From Albugo candida (taxonomy: Eukaryota): DNA of 49,772 bases. The stretch covers positions 186,001 through 235,772 of the forward strand of contig JBDOQK010000055.1 in the NCBI GenBank assembly GCA_040437565.1, given 5' to 3'. The stretch's first letter is position 1; every line of letters starts with the position of its first letter. Below, one piece after another: positions 13,628 to 26,410 of this stretch. The position numbers and the translations under genes were made by a program. Under the pieces are notes generated by a model. The model was not told the DNA's origin. It worked only from the letters and a program-made list of their open reading frames with translations, and searched no databases.

Positions 13628-15163
13628 TAATGAATCATCAAGCATACAATGTCAACGTACATAATTGGCGTCATGTTAAGCCCCCCATACCATCCCAGAA
13701 GCTTTCTTCCCAGCCACATACAATCTTACTACCAACCATCCTGCTGCTTTCACAACAAATAGGATTCCTTTCATTCTGCCAGACCATGATCCAAGCAGCA
13801 TGCCCCGAATCCCAAAAAGCAATTCCCGATGAAAGCTATGAAGGATACTTTTGAGACGAAGAAAGCGGGAAATACTTTAATTTCAAGTATCGGCAATAGG
13901 AGCGATATAGAGGCAGATTTAGAAGTTGAATTCGAGCATTTTGATGAAGGTTAATCAGCAACCATTATTATGAGGATTGACCCGAGCGGCCTTCTCGGTA
14001 CCTTGGAAAATCCGACAGTACAAGCGCCGCAAACGTGCAACGCAGTAAAATTCGACTGCTGGTTCAGCAAAGCTAGAGATATACTTCAAGGCGAAGCCCA
14101 CACATCGTCAGCCTATAGATTCGGAAAGCGAAGACTCGGTAGATAATAGAACTCTTGCTTATCCCAACAATCTTATAATTGTGCTTGTGAAACTGGGCAA
14201 CGAAATGAACCAGAGGAGAAAATTATGCGGCTGCGTCTTGCCTCAGCTGCAGGATACTTCAGGCTTATAGTCAGTGGCAGTCAGGTATAGTGGATTTATG
14301 TTGTACATTCGCCAGCGCACTTTTATTTATTCATCAACATTCTATNNNNNNNNNNNNNNNNNNNNNNNNNNNNNNNNNNNNNNNNNNNNNNNNNNNNNNN
14401 NNNNNNNNNNNNNNNNNNNNNNNNNNNNNNNNNNNNNNNNNNNNNTAATGAATCATCAAGCATACAATGTCAACGTACATAATTGGCGTCATGTTAAGCC
14501 CCCCATACCATCCCAGAAGCTTTCTTCCCAGCCACATACAATCTTACTACCAACCATCCTGCTGCTTTCACAACAAATAGGATTCCTTTCATTCTGCCAG
14601 ACCATGATCCAAGCAGCATGCCCCGAATCCCAAAAAGCAATTCCCGATGAAAGCTATGAAGGATACTTTTGAGACGAAGAAAGCGGGAAATACTTTAATT
14701 TCAAGTATCGGCAATAGGAGCGATATAGAGGCAGATTTAGAAGTTGAATTCGAGCATTTTGATGAAGGTTAATCAGCAACCATTATTATGAGGATTGACC
14801 CGAGCGGCCTTCTCGGTACCTTGGAAAATCCGACAGTACAAGCGCCGCAAACGTGCAACGCAGTAAAATTCGACTGCTGGTTCAGCAAAGCTAGAGATAT
14901 ACTTCAAGGCGAAGCCCACACATCGTCAGCCTATAGATTCGGAAAGCGAAGACTCGGTAGATAATAGAACTCTTGCTTATCCCAACAATCTTATAATTGT
15001 GCTTGTGAAACTGGGCAACGAAATGAACCAGAGGAGAAAATTATGCGGCTGCGTCTTGCCTCAGCTGCAGGATACTTCAGGCTTATAGTCAGTGGCAGTC
15101 AGGTATAGTGGATTTATGTTGTACATTCGCCAGCGCACTTTTATTTATTCATCAACATTCTAT
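13628..15163. repeat. Gap-flanking duplication (13628-14345 = 14446-15163); assembly artefact
   Basis: Apparently identical 718 bp on both sides of gap 14346-14445. Confidence 0.9.
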
Positions 15164-16700
15164 AGTGATTGCAAAATAGAGAATTGCTGCCTCGCAAATA
15201 ATTGCGGCGGCGAATGGAAAAAGGCGCTGGTTGCGGAAATGCTTCTGGCTGGGGACGTATATGTCTTGAAACTGGTTTTACTCCCGAGAGCAAGCAGTAA
15301 AGCATATGAAACAATCTGCTTACTCGAGGATGAAGACGTCATTGCAGATGTGTGGCTTTACCTTCGAAATAATATATCCTGCGTTGTGCCAACGGATTAT
15401 ACCAATCATGTCAGCGAGCAAATACTTCCAAAGATTGATTCCGCCACATCTATCCACCTCAGCACTGCGACCCGCTGGTTGTAGTTACTTGCTACTCTAT
15501 TCAAAGGGGGGGGAGAGATATGTACGTTGATGGACATGAACGAGAAGATGCCCTGGCATATCGTACTTAGTTGTCTCAGTCCCCTTCTCATTTCTGGAAC
15601 AAATGAGAAATGAGACATTCATGCCAAAGTTTGTTGGGCCTGAAATGGAATTGGAGATTTGGCTTGCCGTAGATTCCATCATCCTAGTGACGCATGATGA
15701 CAGCACGATTACCGCCGATGATGACCAGAACAAGCTATGGATTTCTGATGACCAACAGCCACTGCGGAAGAAGGGGCCGGAAGATCGATACATGTCGGCG
15801 ATTCCTTGACTGATTTGGCAAGTCTATTGTTTTAAAGTTCTCGCTCGCTACTTTGATCAAGAGTTAGATTTATCTGTCTTATTTAAGGGGATCGACTGGC
15901 TTTGAGCAAAGAGAAGCAGCTTCAACACAGCGATCTTTCGGAAGAGACCTGCATAATCATATGTCCCGGCAAGAACCATGATGGTTGGCCGACTGCGGAA
16001 ATGGTCACAAGCAAGGCCGAGATGCTGTAATTCCCATTTTCGTGTGCATTTCCCCAATATAGAAGCTCTCTTCGCTTTCGAAAATGCGACTAGCCACGAT
16101 ACATTTGCTGAAGATGCTCTCGTATCTCGACGGATGTATCTTGGACCGGGAGGAGAGCAACCGGTAAGGCTCAATTGAGTTTTTTTGCAGATGATACAGC
16201 GCGATCCATGCCATTCCCCATAGATTACCTCTGGCCTGACAAACAAAAGGCATAAAGATCGTCCTGCTGGAACGCAACCTTTGGACGCCTGACAATCGCC
16301 TGAATTGCCCAGGAAAATGTGGTGATACAGGTAGTTGCTGCGACCAAAGTGTTACTCAGAACCAATCAGACTTTGCCGTTCTAAAAGGTTTGAAGAGACA
16401 ATCATAGTGGTGTGCCATTTCATCATATTTTACCCCAAATTTCATTGCAGATTAAATTTCATAGAAAACTTTGGGGTGGAAGAAGAATGATACGCAAGGA
16501 AAATTGCGAGTAGACATGAATAGGGATGGTTGCGACAGTTCCGAAATCACTTGCCTCAGTTTCTCTCGCAACAATCAGTCGCCATGCTAAAGTGCTCCCG
16601 ATATATCGATGTGTATCGGAAGGATCTAACCGGAAAAGCCGCGGAATATGCTGTAAGAAAATATTGATCACATCGAGGAGTTTCAGACTCATTTCTCACA
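13628..16700 (+). mobile_element. Degenerate IS630/Tc1/mariner-superfamily DNA transposon (transposase pseudogene); boundaries approximate
   Basis: Frameshifted motifs in order: TATRWL (HTH), MYVDGHERED (~15520), ILVTHDDST (D1), PLRKKGP, ALFAFENATSH (D2 position), DALVSRRMYLGPGGEQP, KGIKIVLLERNLW, and YPKFHCRLNFIENF (~16430, resembling the DDE_3 motif LNPIE). Confidence 0.8.
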
Positions 16701-19377
16701 GACAGCTATATCTTACAGTAGCCAGTTCTAAGTTTGATATCTATAATCAGATATTACTCTTGCTCTCTTGTTCAAAAATAGATACTCAAGTGCCCACTGA
16801 TGGCGGCCAAATTTTACGCATTGATGGGAAAATATTAGTAGATTCAAAAAAAAAACAATGCAACTTTTAGAGCGTTATAATTAAACCAAATATCATCCAA
16901 TTTTTAATCTAAGCCTTTTGTTTTGAAGCTCTAGACAACATTTATCAGATAAAATCTCTTTTTTTTGTTGTGCGACGATTTTGATTGCTGAGTAGTAAAT
17001 ATAGTAACACCCGCTGCAGGTACAAGTTATGGGTGGTGCGCACTGTAGGCATGGCATGTAAATGTAGTATTCAAGATCATAACATTCATTTCAGCACAAA
17101 TTTTCAGGAAACCTTACTGTATAGGGATTATATAAGATTTATATTTCAGCCTTAGCTTGCTAGGAACAACGGCAATGGCAAGCTCAAGGTATCCCGTATT
17201 CTAGTCTTTGGTATGGAGCAACGATCATATTAGCAGTGATTGTGCTATAATGTTGACACCTGTACACAAGCAAAAAAATGGCAACTGCTACAGCGCAGTT
17301 ATAAAAAAGAAGGCTACAGATTTGACAGAATTTCTCATTCAACTCCTGGAACTGTAAAAATCACCCATCAATTATGCGAGCCGACCCCCTGTCGATGGCG
17401 AAATATATTCGATCGCGTCTAGTAAAGCTCATTCTGACGTCATTTTAGTGGTAGGGGCTTTTACTGGGACACTATGGAAACACATGTATCAGGCGCATTT
17501 TGGCCAGCATATCACAAAAGGCCTTCAAATTGAAGAAATATGTAAAGGTTTTGACTGCGGTCACCGATTCTATAAGATCAGAAATAATACTATACGACTT
17601 ACCAGGTGTCAGCGCAAAGTTCGGCACCTGAATATCCCATCCCGCAAATTTTGCAAACCTTTTCGATTCCCACTTTTCCAATTTCCTCTAACTCAACACA
17701 TGGTTTTTGCAAAAGCTTTTTCTGCGGGACTTTTCATATCAAACATTCAGAACGCGAATAAAGGAATTGGTGATACAGGGGAAAATTATGAGTTTGAGAG
17801 CCAAAGTTTAATGATTTGCTGGTATTTCTGCCGCAAAACGTTTGTTTACACTTGCAACTTGAAATTTTCTAAACACAGCTCGATGGTGTGAAGGCTTTTT
17901 GCTCAATATAGTATCGGAACGTTGTTCTAATTACATGTTGCATTCCTATACAACCAGGAACTAAAGCACCGTCCATACAGATTCATGGGGAATGAATATT
18001 TAGATGCTAGAGAACCTCCAAGTTCCAGGGCCATTTTGGTGTGTCCGTGAGTAGCATCATGGTTGCTTTCCGAGTGTCACAATTATAGTGCCCCTTAAGC
18101 AAAACTTCACTGTTAGCAAGCATACCATTCTCTTTGTCGACTCAAAAGTTTTTAACAGTCCTTCACTACTTGTGCTTGCATGTTGCACCTGCTTTTTCGT
18201 CACCGAAATTCGCATCCATATTAAACGCTTCATATCGGGATGGAGAAAAAAGGCAGTCAGCTTATTTGAAATTTTGGCCTTCGTTCACCCGTTCATCGAT
18301 GTATATAGCATCACACCGCGTTGAGACAACGCGAACTTCTAAAAAGAGAAGGTTTTGTTTCGAGAACGTCGAACGATAGATTTTCCTGTAAGTATCAGAG
18401 CACATGTTTCTACTACATTTCTCTTCTATCGTAAGAAATGGTATCCTCAATGGGATTCCACATGATTTGAATTCATCCAGAAATATACAAATTGCAAAGC
18501 GTGGGTGCCAGACAAAATTCCGGTGTACCTACTTCTGCCTTCTACTCATTATAAAAGCGCTTCTCAAATACATCTGTTTGATCACAAGTTTTCCCCAGTG
18601 AAACTGAGATTTCACGACAGCTGAAACAAGTCTTCTGCTTTTTCCCACGAGAACGAAATTAAAAATAGTAGACGTGTACCTGAATAAAAGTCATGATTCT
18701 TGCACTACATGCTACACATGTCAATAGATCCTCAAATAATGAGTCAAGACGCTACCAATTGCAAGACAAATTCATATGCGGAAGATCTCAGTGCCAAGTA
18801 AGGCAAGTAAAGTGAATCTCACGGATATAATAGGGGACGGAGTCTTTCACGGCTTTGATTGATGCTAGACTGTATGAGTTTATTCCAGGTCGACTAGGAT
18901 CGATTCATTAAGATCAGCAGCTAAGTCATCTGGGGATAAAATCAATCGGTATACAACGCGAGAAAAGTGTAATTTAAAATAAAAGAAGCTACACCTCTTT
19001 CACCCCGATATTTTATCAAGCTCGGATACATGACAGACTAAATACGCCTGCATTTGATTATAGAAGCGAGTACATCATTATCGACAACATTTAAAAGTTG
19101 TAGCTTATCCTTCATCGTGGTTGAAAATGTCATGCTTGAATGCGAAGCCTGATACTGAGATAGTAGTATTAAATCTAACTCTATTTCGAAAAAAAAGATC
19201 TTCACAAATAAGCCCATATCAATAGAGTAGACTTATTGATCCTTCCTCGCCAATTAGTCATTGATCTGCATGAGCGACACGGTTGGGATCCTGCATTTAG
19301 ATTGATATAAGAAATAACATCATTCACTTGGTAGTGACTCTATGCAGCGTTATAGAGATCCCGGCCCTTATATTAGA

Positions 19378-19837
19378 ATGGAACACCCAAGCGGCATCAC
19401 AGCGAGAGTTCTGAAGAGATCGCTACCTGAAAAACCATAGTCAACCAAGAAGCAAAACGAATTCTCAATACGGCCGCTGCCATCTTTACACATTTGCTCG
19501 CGACAACGTACGTATACGCTATCCATATATGCCAGCTAACGAAGTTGAGCTCGTCATTGTACTCATTAGAGCTCATGATGCTTCGGTTGATAAAAAGCGC
19601 TTAACAGTAACCTTAACGGATGTGATCAATGCACTCGAAGAGATTGAATTCGGAAGTTTTGTGAGTTCTGTAGAACAGTGTGTCGAAGGTGAGGATACTG
19701 AAATACTTTATTATCAATCGTCAGATTTGTTTTGACCATGGAGATGTGTTCTAGGGACCAGAGTTATGGCCACCGCAAAGAAAAACGCAAAGAAAGAGTC
19801 AGCGGATAGGATCAAAACGGATACGATAGAGAATTGA
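19378..19837 (+). CDS. POLE3: Histone-fold protein, DNA polymerase epsilon subunit 3 / CHRAC17 / DPB4, copy 1; 1-nt frameshift in an A-run near 19430
   Basis: Spliced and corrected: MEHPSGITARVLKRSLPEK-TIVNQEAKRILNTAAAIFTHLLATTAHDASVDKKRLTVTLTDVINALEEIEFGSFVSSVEQCVEG plus a basic tail (NF-YB-like fold, DPB4 pattern). A small upstream exon at 19270 is possible. Confidence 0.75.
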
Positions 19838-21490
19838 AAGGATAAATTGAATAAAGATTGCGTAACGTGCCATAGCACCATACATGATCGATGGCCTCGC
19901 TAACGACGCTATAAAGGTTTTCATCGAAGAAAACAATCATCGTATGACAGCTACCGAAGCCCTGCGACTGATTTTTGAGACAAATTGACTCGTCAGTTTT
20001 CGATATGGATGACTCGAACGTACCTTGGTATAGCGCGCTAAATTAAGAGACAAGAATCATAGCTGTGGATAAGAAGAGCTTCGTTGTGAGCAAGTGTTTG
20101 TCAACAAAAGAGATACACACGTTTGAAATTGTGTAAACGCGGGGAGCATCGATTGCTTGTTAAGTCTTTCGCGCGACTTACGTCGAGACGCCCCCATATG
20201 AATGGATCATAGATCAAACCACGGCGGCCACATGGAGACCAAAATTAGCTTACGCTATATGGAATACCTTCACCCATGCAAAATATGCAGTGATCGTCTT
20301 TATAAGTTTTTTTTGCGTGAATGATGAATTCACGAACCTTAAATCTTTCTGCATTGTGTATTGTGGCACTCGATTGTCTCTGGATCGAATTCTACGGCCA
20401 GCACCAGACCAGCTTATTGTCTTAATCTGAAGCTATTCAGGATTACTCACTCGAGTTTCGGCAGTTCAGTGCATCAATTTTGCTGAGCGCCAGGATGGAG
20501 AGAAGGATGCGTGCAACAATTATCTATTTTCTGCGAATCCGACGTAAAAATCAACAATTTGACTTCCTTGAAGTCGCTCCGTAACATCAATATACGCCGC
20601 GCAGCCTCTTTCCTGAAATGCGAGGAAATGCGCGCTAATAAGTAGAATTAGAGACCGAACACAATTTTAATAAGCGATGTCTACTTCAGCCATTGCAGTT
20701 GACTGAAGTACACGGTCGTGATATAGCCAGCAAAGGACGACTACTGAAATTCATCCCGATGGAAGCTATTCAAGAAGCATTCTGGACTGAGCTATTTGAT
20801 GAATTCTCAATTGGGATGCAGGAGACTGTCGTATTTGTCCTTTAGCTCTTTAGAGAAGTCTAGAATATATAATTTGAAGCCAAGTCATCGTTAGCAATAA
20901 ACACTTTGCATACCGAGAGAATGCGTGCATTTATACTAATAGGAATCCTTGTGGGAGCTTCTGCAATCCTCATCTCAGGATAGCCAGTCTTTTTAGTGTT
21001 TCCGATGGTTTTAAGACATCGCCGTCATCATTAAGATTTCCATCAGTCTGTATCAATTTATTGCTAAAGGTCGTTTTCCTCTAGTCAACGGCGCACATAT
21101 TACAAATGCTGACAGCGTGTTTGTTGTAGTTGCTTGCGGAAGACGAGCGGCCAACGTTTCAGTAACACCGCCACCATTGAAGTTTCATTTAAGCTCATCA
21201 AAGACTGCGTAACCTCACGAATCAAATTTGGCTGACGTATTTTATAATCGATTTGCAGCAACTCTCGGATATTCAGCTACTTGACTAATAGCACCACAAG
21301 CCCTTGAGTCCTGATGTAACAAACGCCGGTATACCACGAAGGTTTTTGTAGTATCTCGGCACTAAGCTTGTTCAAATAGAGCATTTAAACGACTTATTTC
21401 AAATCGAACAGCAACCCCGGTTGTTGCCAAGGAAGACGCAATGCCTGATGGATACGTCCAAGAAGTAACGTGAGCAGAGAGTATGCACTC

Positions 21491-21917
21491 TCAGAACGAA
21501 AATTTCGGCTTCGCATTCTGATTTCTACACAATCGTACAAAGTGTAAAGTCGTTCCTTCTTTCACACCAAATTTTGTGACAATCTTGTCAGAGCACTTTG
21601 TAAATAATGCTGAAAATTGATCCGATGCATCCAATTGAATTGAATATCTCTTCCATATATATCGCCTATGTGCGCTAAATTGGTTTGCGTCAAAAGATAT
21701 GAATAAGCTTGCTTACCATGAAATGTGACTTTTTCTATCATCTTCCGCATATCTCGACTGAATGAGCTGTCGAAGCTGATAAAAAGAGCATTTTCGTGGT
21801 ACAGCAATATCTATTTACATTTTGTTGGTGGACGCCAAAGCATTCGATCAAAATCTCACCAATAGATGAGCCGTCCAGTCGCTCGATTCGGATGTGTAGA
21901 GCTTTGTGAGGGTGCAT
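21491..21917 (-). CDS. SNRNP25: U11/U12 snRNP 25 kDa protein (ubiquitin-like fold), 3 exons: 21917-21860, 21810-21717, 21665-21491
   Basis: Spliced protein MHPHKALHIRIERLDGSSIDIAVPRKCSFYQLRQLIQSRYAEDDRKSHISWRYIWKRYSIQL...KFGVKEGTTLHFVRL. HISWRYIWKRY matches the SNRNP25 signature HISWSYVWRTY; both GT-AG introns keep the frame. Confidence 0.85.
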
Positions 21918-22082
21918 CAACAAGGCATGTTTCGCCTTGAGACTTTGTAGCTTCAAGGGTCTTACCACATCGCTCAGAGAAGCCTCTGAAGTGAGCTCTT
22001 AGCGTTGAACTTGAATGGGGTGCATGCTTACCTTGACGCAACTGCGATAGCAATTGCTCCATTTTTCGAAATACGGTACTAC

Positions 22083-22711
22083 ATGTACTCAATTCCCTCG
22101 AGCAACTTCAAATCGACCGTGGTCATTGAGGTTGGAAGTCGCTTCATAAAATGTGGATTCTCGCAGGAAAAGGAGCCTCGGTGTATTGTAGAATGGAAGG
22201 TCAGTAGATAACTTTTAGTGCTACGTGCTGCTTGTTTACACTTTTGTTAAGATCGTCGAGTATATAAACAATCCTCAACAAACGAATCGAATACTCAAAT
22301 ACGTGGAGACTTTCCTCAGCAATCTCATTTATGAGTAAGTGTATCGTACAAGGCTTTTCAAGCAATCATACGATACTATGTCTATACAGTCAACTACATA
22401 TTCGACCTATCCATCGACATTTTGTCCTGTGTGAAGATTTGCTCGCACCCCAAATACTTCGTGAAGCCTTAATATTTACTTTATTGAAGTCCTTGCAGGT
22501 AAGTTGACCGACGGCGTGGGTCGAACCACGTTGACTTCCTCATACTAAAGGCTTCCTCAGTCACGTTTGTACCCACACTACTCACATCGCTGTACGCAAC
22601 AAGCTACCACACCGGAATCATCATCGATGTCGGATGGTCCGAGACGCGTCTACTACCTGTATACAAAGGGACTCCATTGCTCCATCTATACACGAGTACG
22701 GCCTCATCCTA
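22083..22711 (+). CDS. ACTR10: Actin-related protein 10/11 (dynactin pointed-end subunit), 5' part, truncated by gap
   Basis: Exons encode VVIEVGSRFIKCGFSQEKEPRCIV, FVLCEDLLAPQILREAL and TGIIIDVGWSETRLLPVYKGTP, typical of Arp10/11. Confidence 0.8.
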
Positions 22712-22811
22712 NNNNNNNNNNNNNNNNNNNNNNNNNNNNNNNNNNNNNNNNNNNNNNNNNNNNNNNNNNNNNNNNNNNNNNNNNNNNNNNNNNNNNNNNN
22801 NNNNNNNNNNN

Positions 22812-23049
22812 CTTAACAGTAACCTTAACGGATGTGATCAATGCACTCGAAGAGATTGAATTCGGAAGTTTTGTGAGTTCTGTAGAACAGTGTGTCGAAG
22901 GTGAGAATTTTGAAATACTTTATTATCAATCGTCAGATTTGTTTTGAGCATGGAGATGTGTTCTAGGGACCAGAGTTGTGGCCACCGCAAAGAAAAACGC
23001 AAAGAAAGAGTCAGCGGATAGGACCAAACCGGATACGATAGAGGATTGA
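22812..23049 (+). CDS. POLE3: POLE3/DPB4 copy 2, 3' part (5' part hidden in gap)
   Basis: LTVTLTDVINALEEIEFGSFVSSVEQCVE, an intron, then GTRVVATAKKNAKKESADRTKPDTIED*; paralogous to copy 1. Confidence 0.75.
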
Positions 23050-23429
23050 AAGGATAAATTGAATACAAGATTGCGTAGCGTACTATACCACCATACAGGA
23101 TCGATGGCACCGCTAACGACGCTATAACGGTTTTTATCGAAGAAATCAATCATCGTATGACAGCTACCAAAGCCCTGCGACTGATTTTTGACTCAAATGG
23201 ACTCGTCAGATTTTGATTTGGATGATTCGGACGTACCACGGTGAAGCGCGCTAAGTTAAGAGACAAGAATCATAGTTGTGGATAAGAAGAGCTTCGTTGT
23301 GAGCGACTGTTTATCAGTAGGGAATTACATACGTTTGATAATGCGTAAACGCGAGGAGTATCGATTGCTCCTCAAGTCATTCGCATGACTTACGTCGAGA
23401 CACCCCCATATGAGTTGGATCATTGATCA

Positions 23430-25560
23430 ATACCTTGATCCGTACAAATTATGTCTATAGTCACGAATCATACCGTATACGTGTTTTTTTGGTTGAAAGA
23501 TAAATCCGCGAACCTTACTTCTTTCCGCACCGAGTATTGTCGTACTAAACTAACGCGGGATCGAAATCTAAACTCATTCTACAGCATACAATCGCACTCT
23601 CACCGCAATATGGGGATAGACTACTTCGAGTTTCGCTGACAAAACAAAGTATTTTGAACTATATTGAGGCTGATTGAGTACAAATATAAGTATGATCCGT
23701 GACAAGTCATGTATTCGTAAATATAGACATAATTTGAAAAACAAACTTTGCTTCCAAATCCTTGGTCTTTTTTACACGAAAATTTGTGAAGAGCCATGTT
23801 ACGGGGTTGAAGGTATGGAATGCATGATATACAGATACTTTTCGTTTCTCGATTAATGCTTCCATCTGACAAAGTGTTTGCTACGTGGGAAAGAATTCGC
23901 TAATTCTGGAACGAAAGAGCGATGTTGCAGCTACTGTTTGACCCGACTTCGTACCATCCTCGTTGATATTCGTATTCAACAAGTGAGAGTGTTGCTGTTC
24001 CAGTAGCCTTTGCTTGATAGTTTTGCACAGCATACGTACGGAAATCTCAAAAGAGAACTTCTGACAGCTTATACTCTATAAATGGCCTACCTCTGGAATG
24101 ATTGCTGCGAAATGAAAAGTAGACAAGCTGCCAGCGCTGCTGTTTGCGATGTGGTCTTTTAGTTCACGTGCACAAGGTAGCAATATTCGAGATAATATGG
24201 AGTGCATGAGGGTGAATGTGTACAGCATAGATGGAAAGGCTTATCAATTCGCACATTGGTCAGAGATATGCAAGACAGAGTTAAAGAGGAAGTGCGAGAC
24301 ACGAGAATGACGGTTGATGTGCGTTCGATATATATACCTAGAGGGTCAGCGCCTACGGTTCTCTTCATTGGCTCTGTTTCAAGCGCCGCTATTCTGTAAT
24401 TGCAGTAAGAAATCATCCAAAAGGCTGGATGACGCTCTCTCTTATTTAACCTTATATGAGCAGGTACATTCCACTAATCCTCATATCTCCCAATCTGCCA
24501 ACAACTTCTTAATCCATCGTCCGACTTGCCGCTGTCGAAGTGAAGCTTAGAATGCTTTCATTTGATACCAGTACTTACATACGGCCTCATGATGCGGGGC
24601 TGGCCCAAACTGCCGAAAATCAGCATTATTATACGATGGGTTGCTTCTTTGGGCTACATCGACCGTTGCCAACGATTGGTGAAAGGTACGAGGAAATTTA
24701 ATTGACGCTCTTCATAGTGTAGATGTGCTGGACGTGTACAGGCTTGTCGAGAGCTAGAATTAGCGTTAATCGCTTGCACTGGCGCAACTAAGTTTCCCAT
24801 TCGAATATGATATGCATATTATTTCTACTATTGTCGTTCTACATCCTCGGCCCAGAAACAACCGCGATGCCGACGTGAATTACGCACGTGCACATTGCGT
24901 ACAAACTCGCGCGCTGACAACCTCAACACATTTATAATAAAAGATATCATCGAGGTATATTAGTTTTGATTTCATTAACGTAAAGAGCATATTCTTAAAG
25001 ATATATCAGGTTTGTTCGAAAAACCAAAGAAAGAGAACCTTGGAATTGACTTTCCAAGACAGTACACATCCTTAGAGAGTGTGAAGAGAGACATGCATGC
25101 AGCAATAAGGCTTTCTTGCACAAGGATAGGAAAGGCGGTAAGTATCGAGATTAGCCACACGAAATGTGATGAGCATTCAGATGTTACCGGAAATCTAGAT
25201 ACGTTATGAAGCCATTGTAAAAGCGTTGAATGCCAGTTTTGTAAACAAAATGGGTGTAGAATTTGTAACATAGAGCAAAATGCTGCCACNNNNNNNNNNN
25301 NNNNNNNNNNNNNNNNNNNNNNNNNNNNNNNNNNNNNNNNNNNNNNNNNNNNNNNNNNNNNNNNNNNNNNNNNNNNNNNNNNNNNNNNNAGGATAGGAAA
25401 GGCGGTAAGTATCGAGATTAGCCACACGAAATGTGATGAGCATTCAGATGTTACCGGAAATCTAGATACGTTATGAAGCCATTGTAAAAGCGTTGAATGC
25501 CAGTTTTGTAAACAAAATGGGTGTAGAATTTGTAACATAGAGCAAAATGCTGCCACAGTA
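23430..25560 (-). pseudogene. Possible multi-exon or decayed gene of unknown product
   Basis: Minus-strand ORF pieces (24975-25556, 24159-24416) and exon-like segments bounded by AG/GT; no family recognised. Confidence 0.25.
25123..25556. repeat. Gap-flanking duplication (25123-25289 = 25390-25556); assembly artefact
   Basis: Apparently identical sequence on both sides of gap 25290-25389. Confidence 0.9.
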
Positions 25561-25786
25561 CACTTAGATCAAGCACGACAGACTCAGCCTGATCTGGCTA
25601 TACTTTTTTTGTATTTACTACTACTTCTTCCAAGATTACTTATAAACTACCAAAGTCATGTAATCATTTCTTACACACACTTATGTCGAGCGTAGAGAGT
25701 GTAATGCAGCAGCTGGTGGAATCGCCAATATTATGCTGAACCCAGATAGCTGACCTACACTCGCTCTCGTTGAGCTTCCCTAGGAA

Positions 25787-25800
25787 TCACTTTCCAATTC
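25787..25800 (+). promoter_or_regulatory. Oomycete-type INR/FPR core promoter
   Basis: TCACTTTCCAATTC, close to the TCAYTYYNCAWTTT consensus, 23 nt upstream of ATG 25824. Confidence 0.6.
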
Positions 25801-25823
25801 AGCAGCAACTAGCAATTACTCCA

Positions 25824-26405
25824 ATGGTGCATCCCAACTTCCTCGTCACCGTGCTTATCTTCGTCACTGTTATCAACGCAAAAGATGTGTCTCGCTCTCT
25901 ACAGGGTTCCAAGCCGAAAGAGCGTCTGTGTGGTAATGATTACAACGATATACTCCAAGTGGAACCTCTTGAAATTGATAATTGGGGTACTCTTACGTGC
26001 CCTGCGAATTTTCGACGCAATATCCAGGATTCAAACGCTCGCTGTTTTTTGACAGGCTGCGGTAGCACGGTTGAGAAAGATTGTTCAGATACTCTTCAGG
26101 GTCTCCTCAACAGCATTTTGAGTGTTTACTATAATGTCGATGCATCAACTCTGTTACATACTGCATTTCCGCAAGCGGATCCGACTTTCAATTTTGGTAT
26201 AATTGATGGTGATCACACAGAAGCTTTGAACATTGTTGGCAACTATATCTTATCAATCAATGTGAGAACCTCGGTGAACCTCGCGTATGCGGCTCTTTGG
26301 TATCGCTTTTTGAAAGACTTAAATCCGACGAGTAACGAAGACTTTCGTCTGGAGCTTTTGATAATTGCTTTCTTCCTGTTTACGTGCTCTGATCAAAACT
26401 TTTGA
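25824..26405 (+). CDS. Intronless secreted Cys-containing protein (candidate effector), paralog A
   Basis: Signal-peptide-like MVHPNFLVTVLIFVTVINA, an upstream INR/FPR, and similarity to the 37186-37713 protein. Confidence 0.7.
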   Translation: MVHPNFLVTVLIFVTVINAKDVSRSLQGSKPKERLCGNDYNDILQVEPLEIDNWGTLTCPANFRRNIQDSNARCFLTGCGSTVEKDCSDTLQGLLNSILSVYYNVDASTLLHTAFPQADPTFNFGIIDGDHTEALNIVGNYILSINVRTSVNLAYAALWYRFLKDLNPTSNEDFRLELLIIAFFLFTCSDQNF

Positions 26406-26410
26406 TTCTG

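Larger units (their letters stand above)
19601..23430 (+). repeat. Diverged segmental duplication, 19601-20218 vs 22813-23430
   Basis: About 615 bp collinear. The first exon part is identical; substitutions and small indels accumulate in the intron and 3' flank (roughly 90% identity by eye). Confidence 0.85.

Noticed and set aside
13590-16715. Possible TIRs of the Tc1-like relic (TAAGGAGAGACTGCTGTG vs CACAGACAGCTATATCTTA)
   Set aside because: Match is too weak to distinguish from chance
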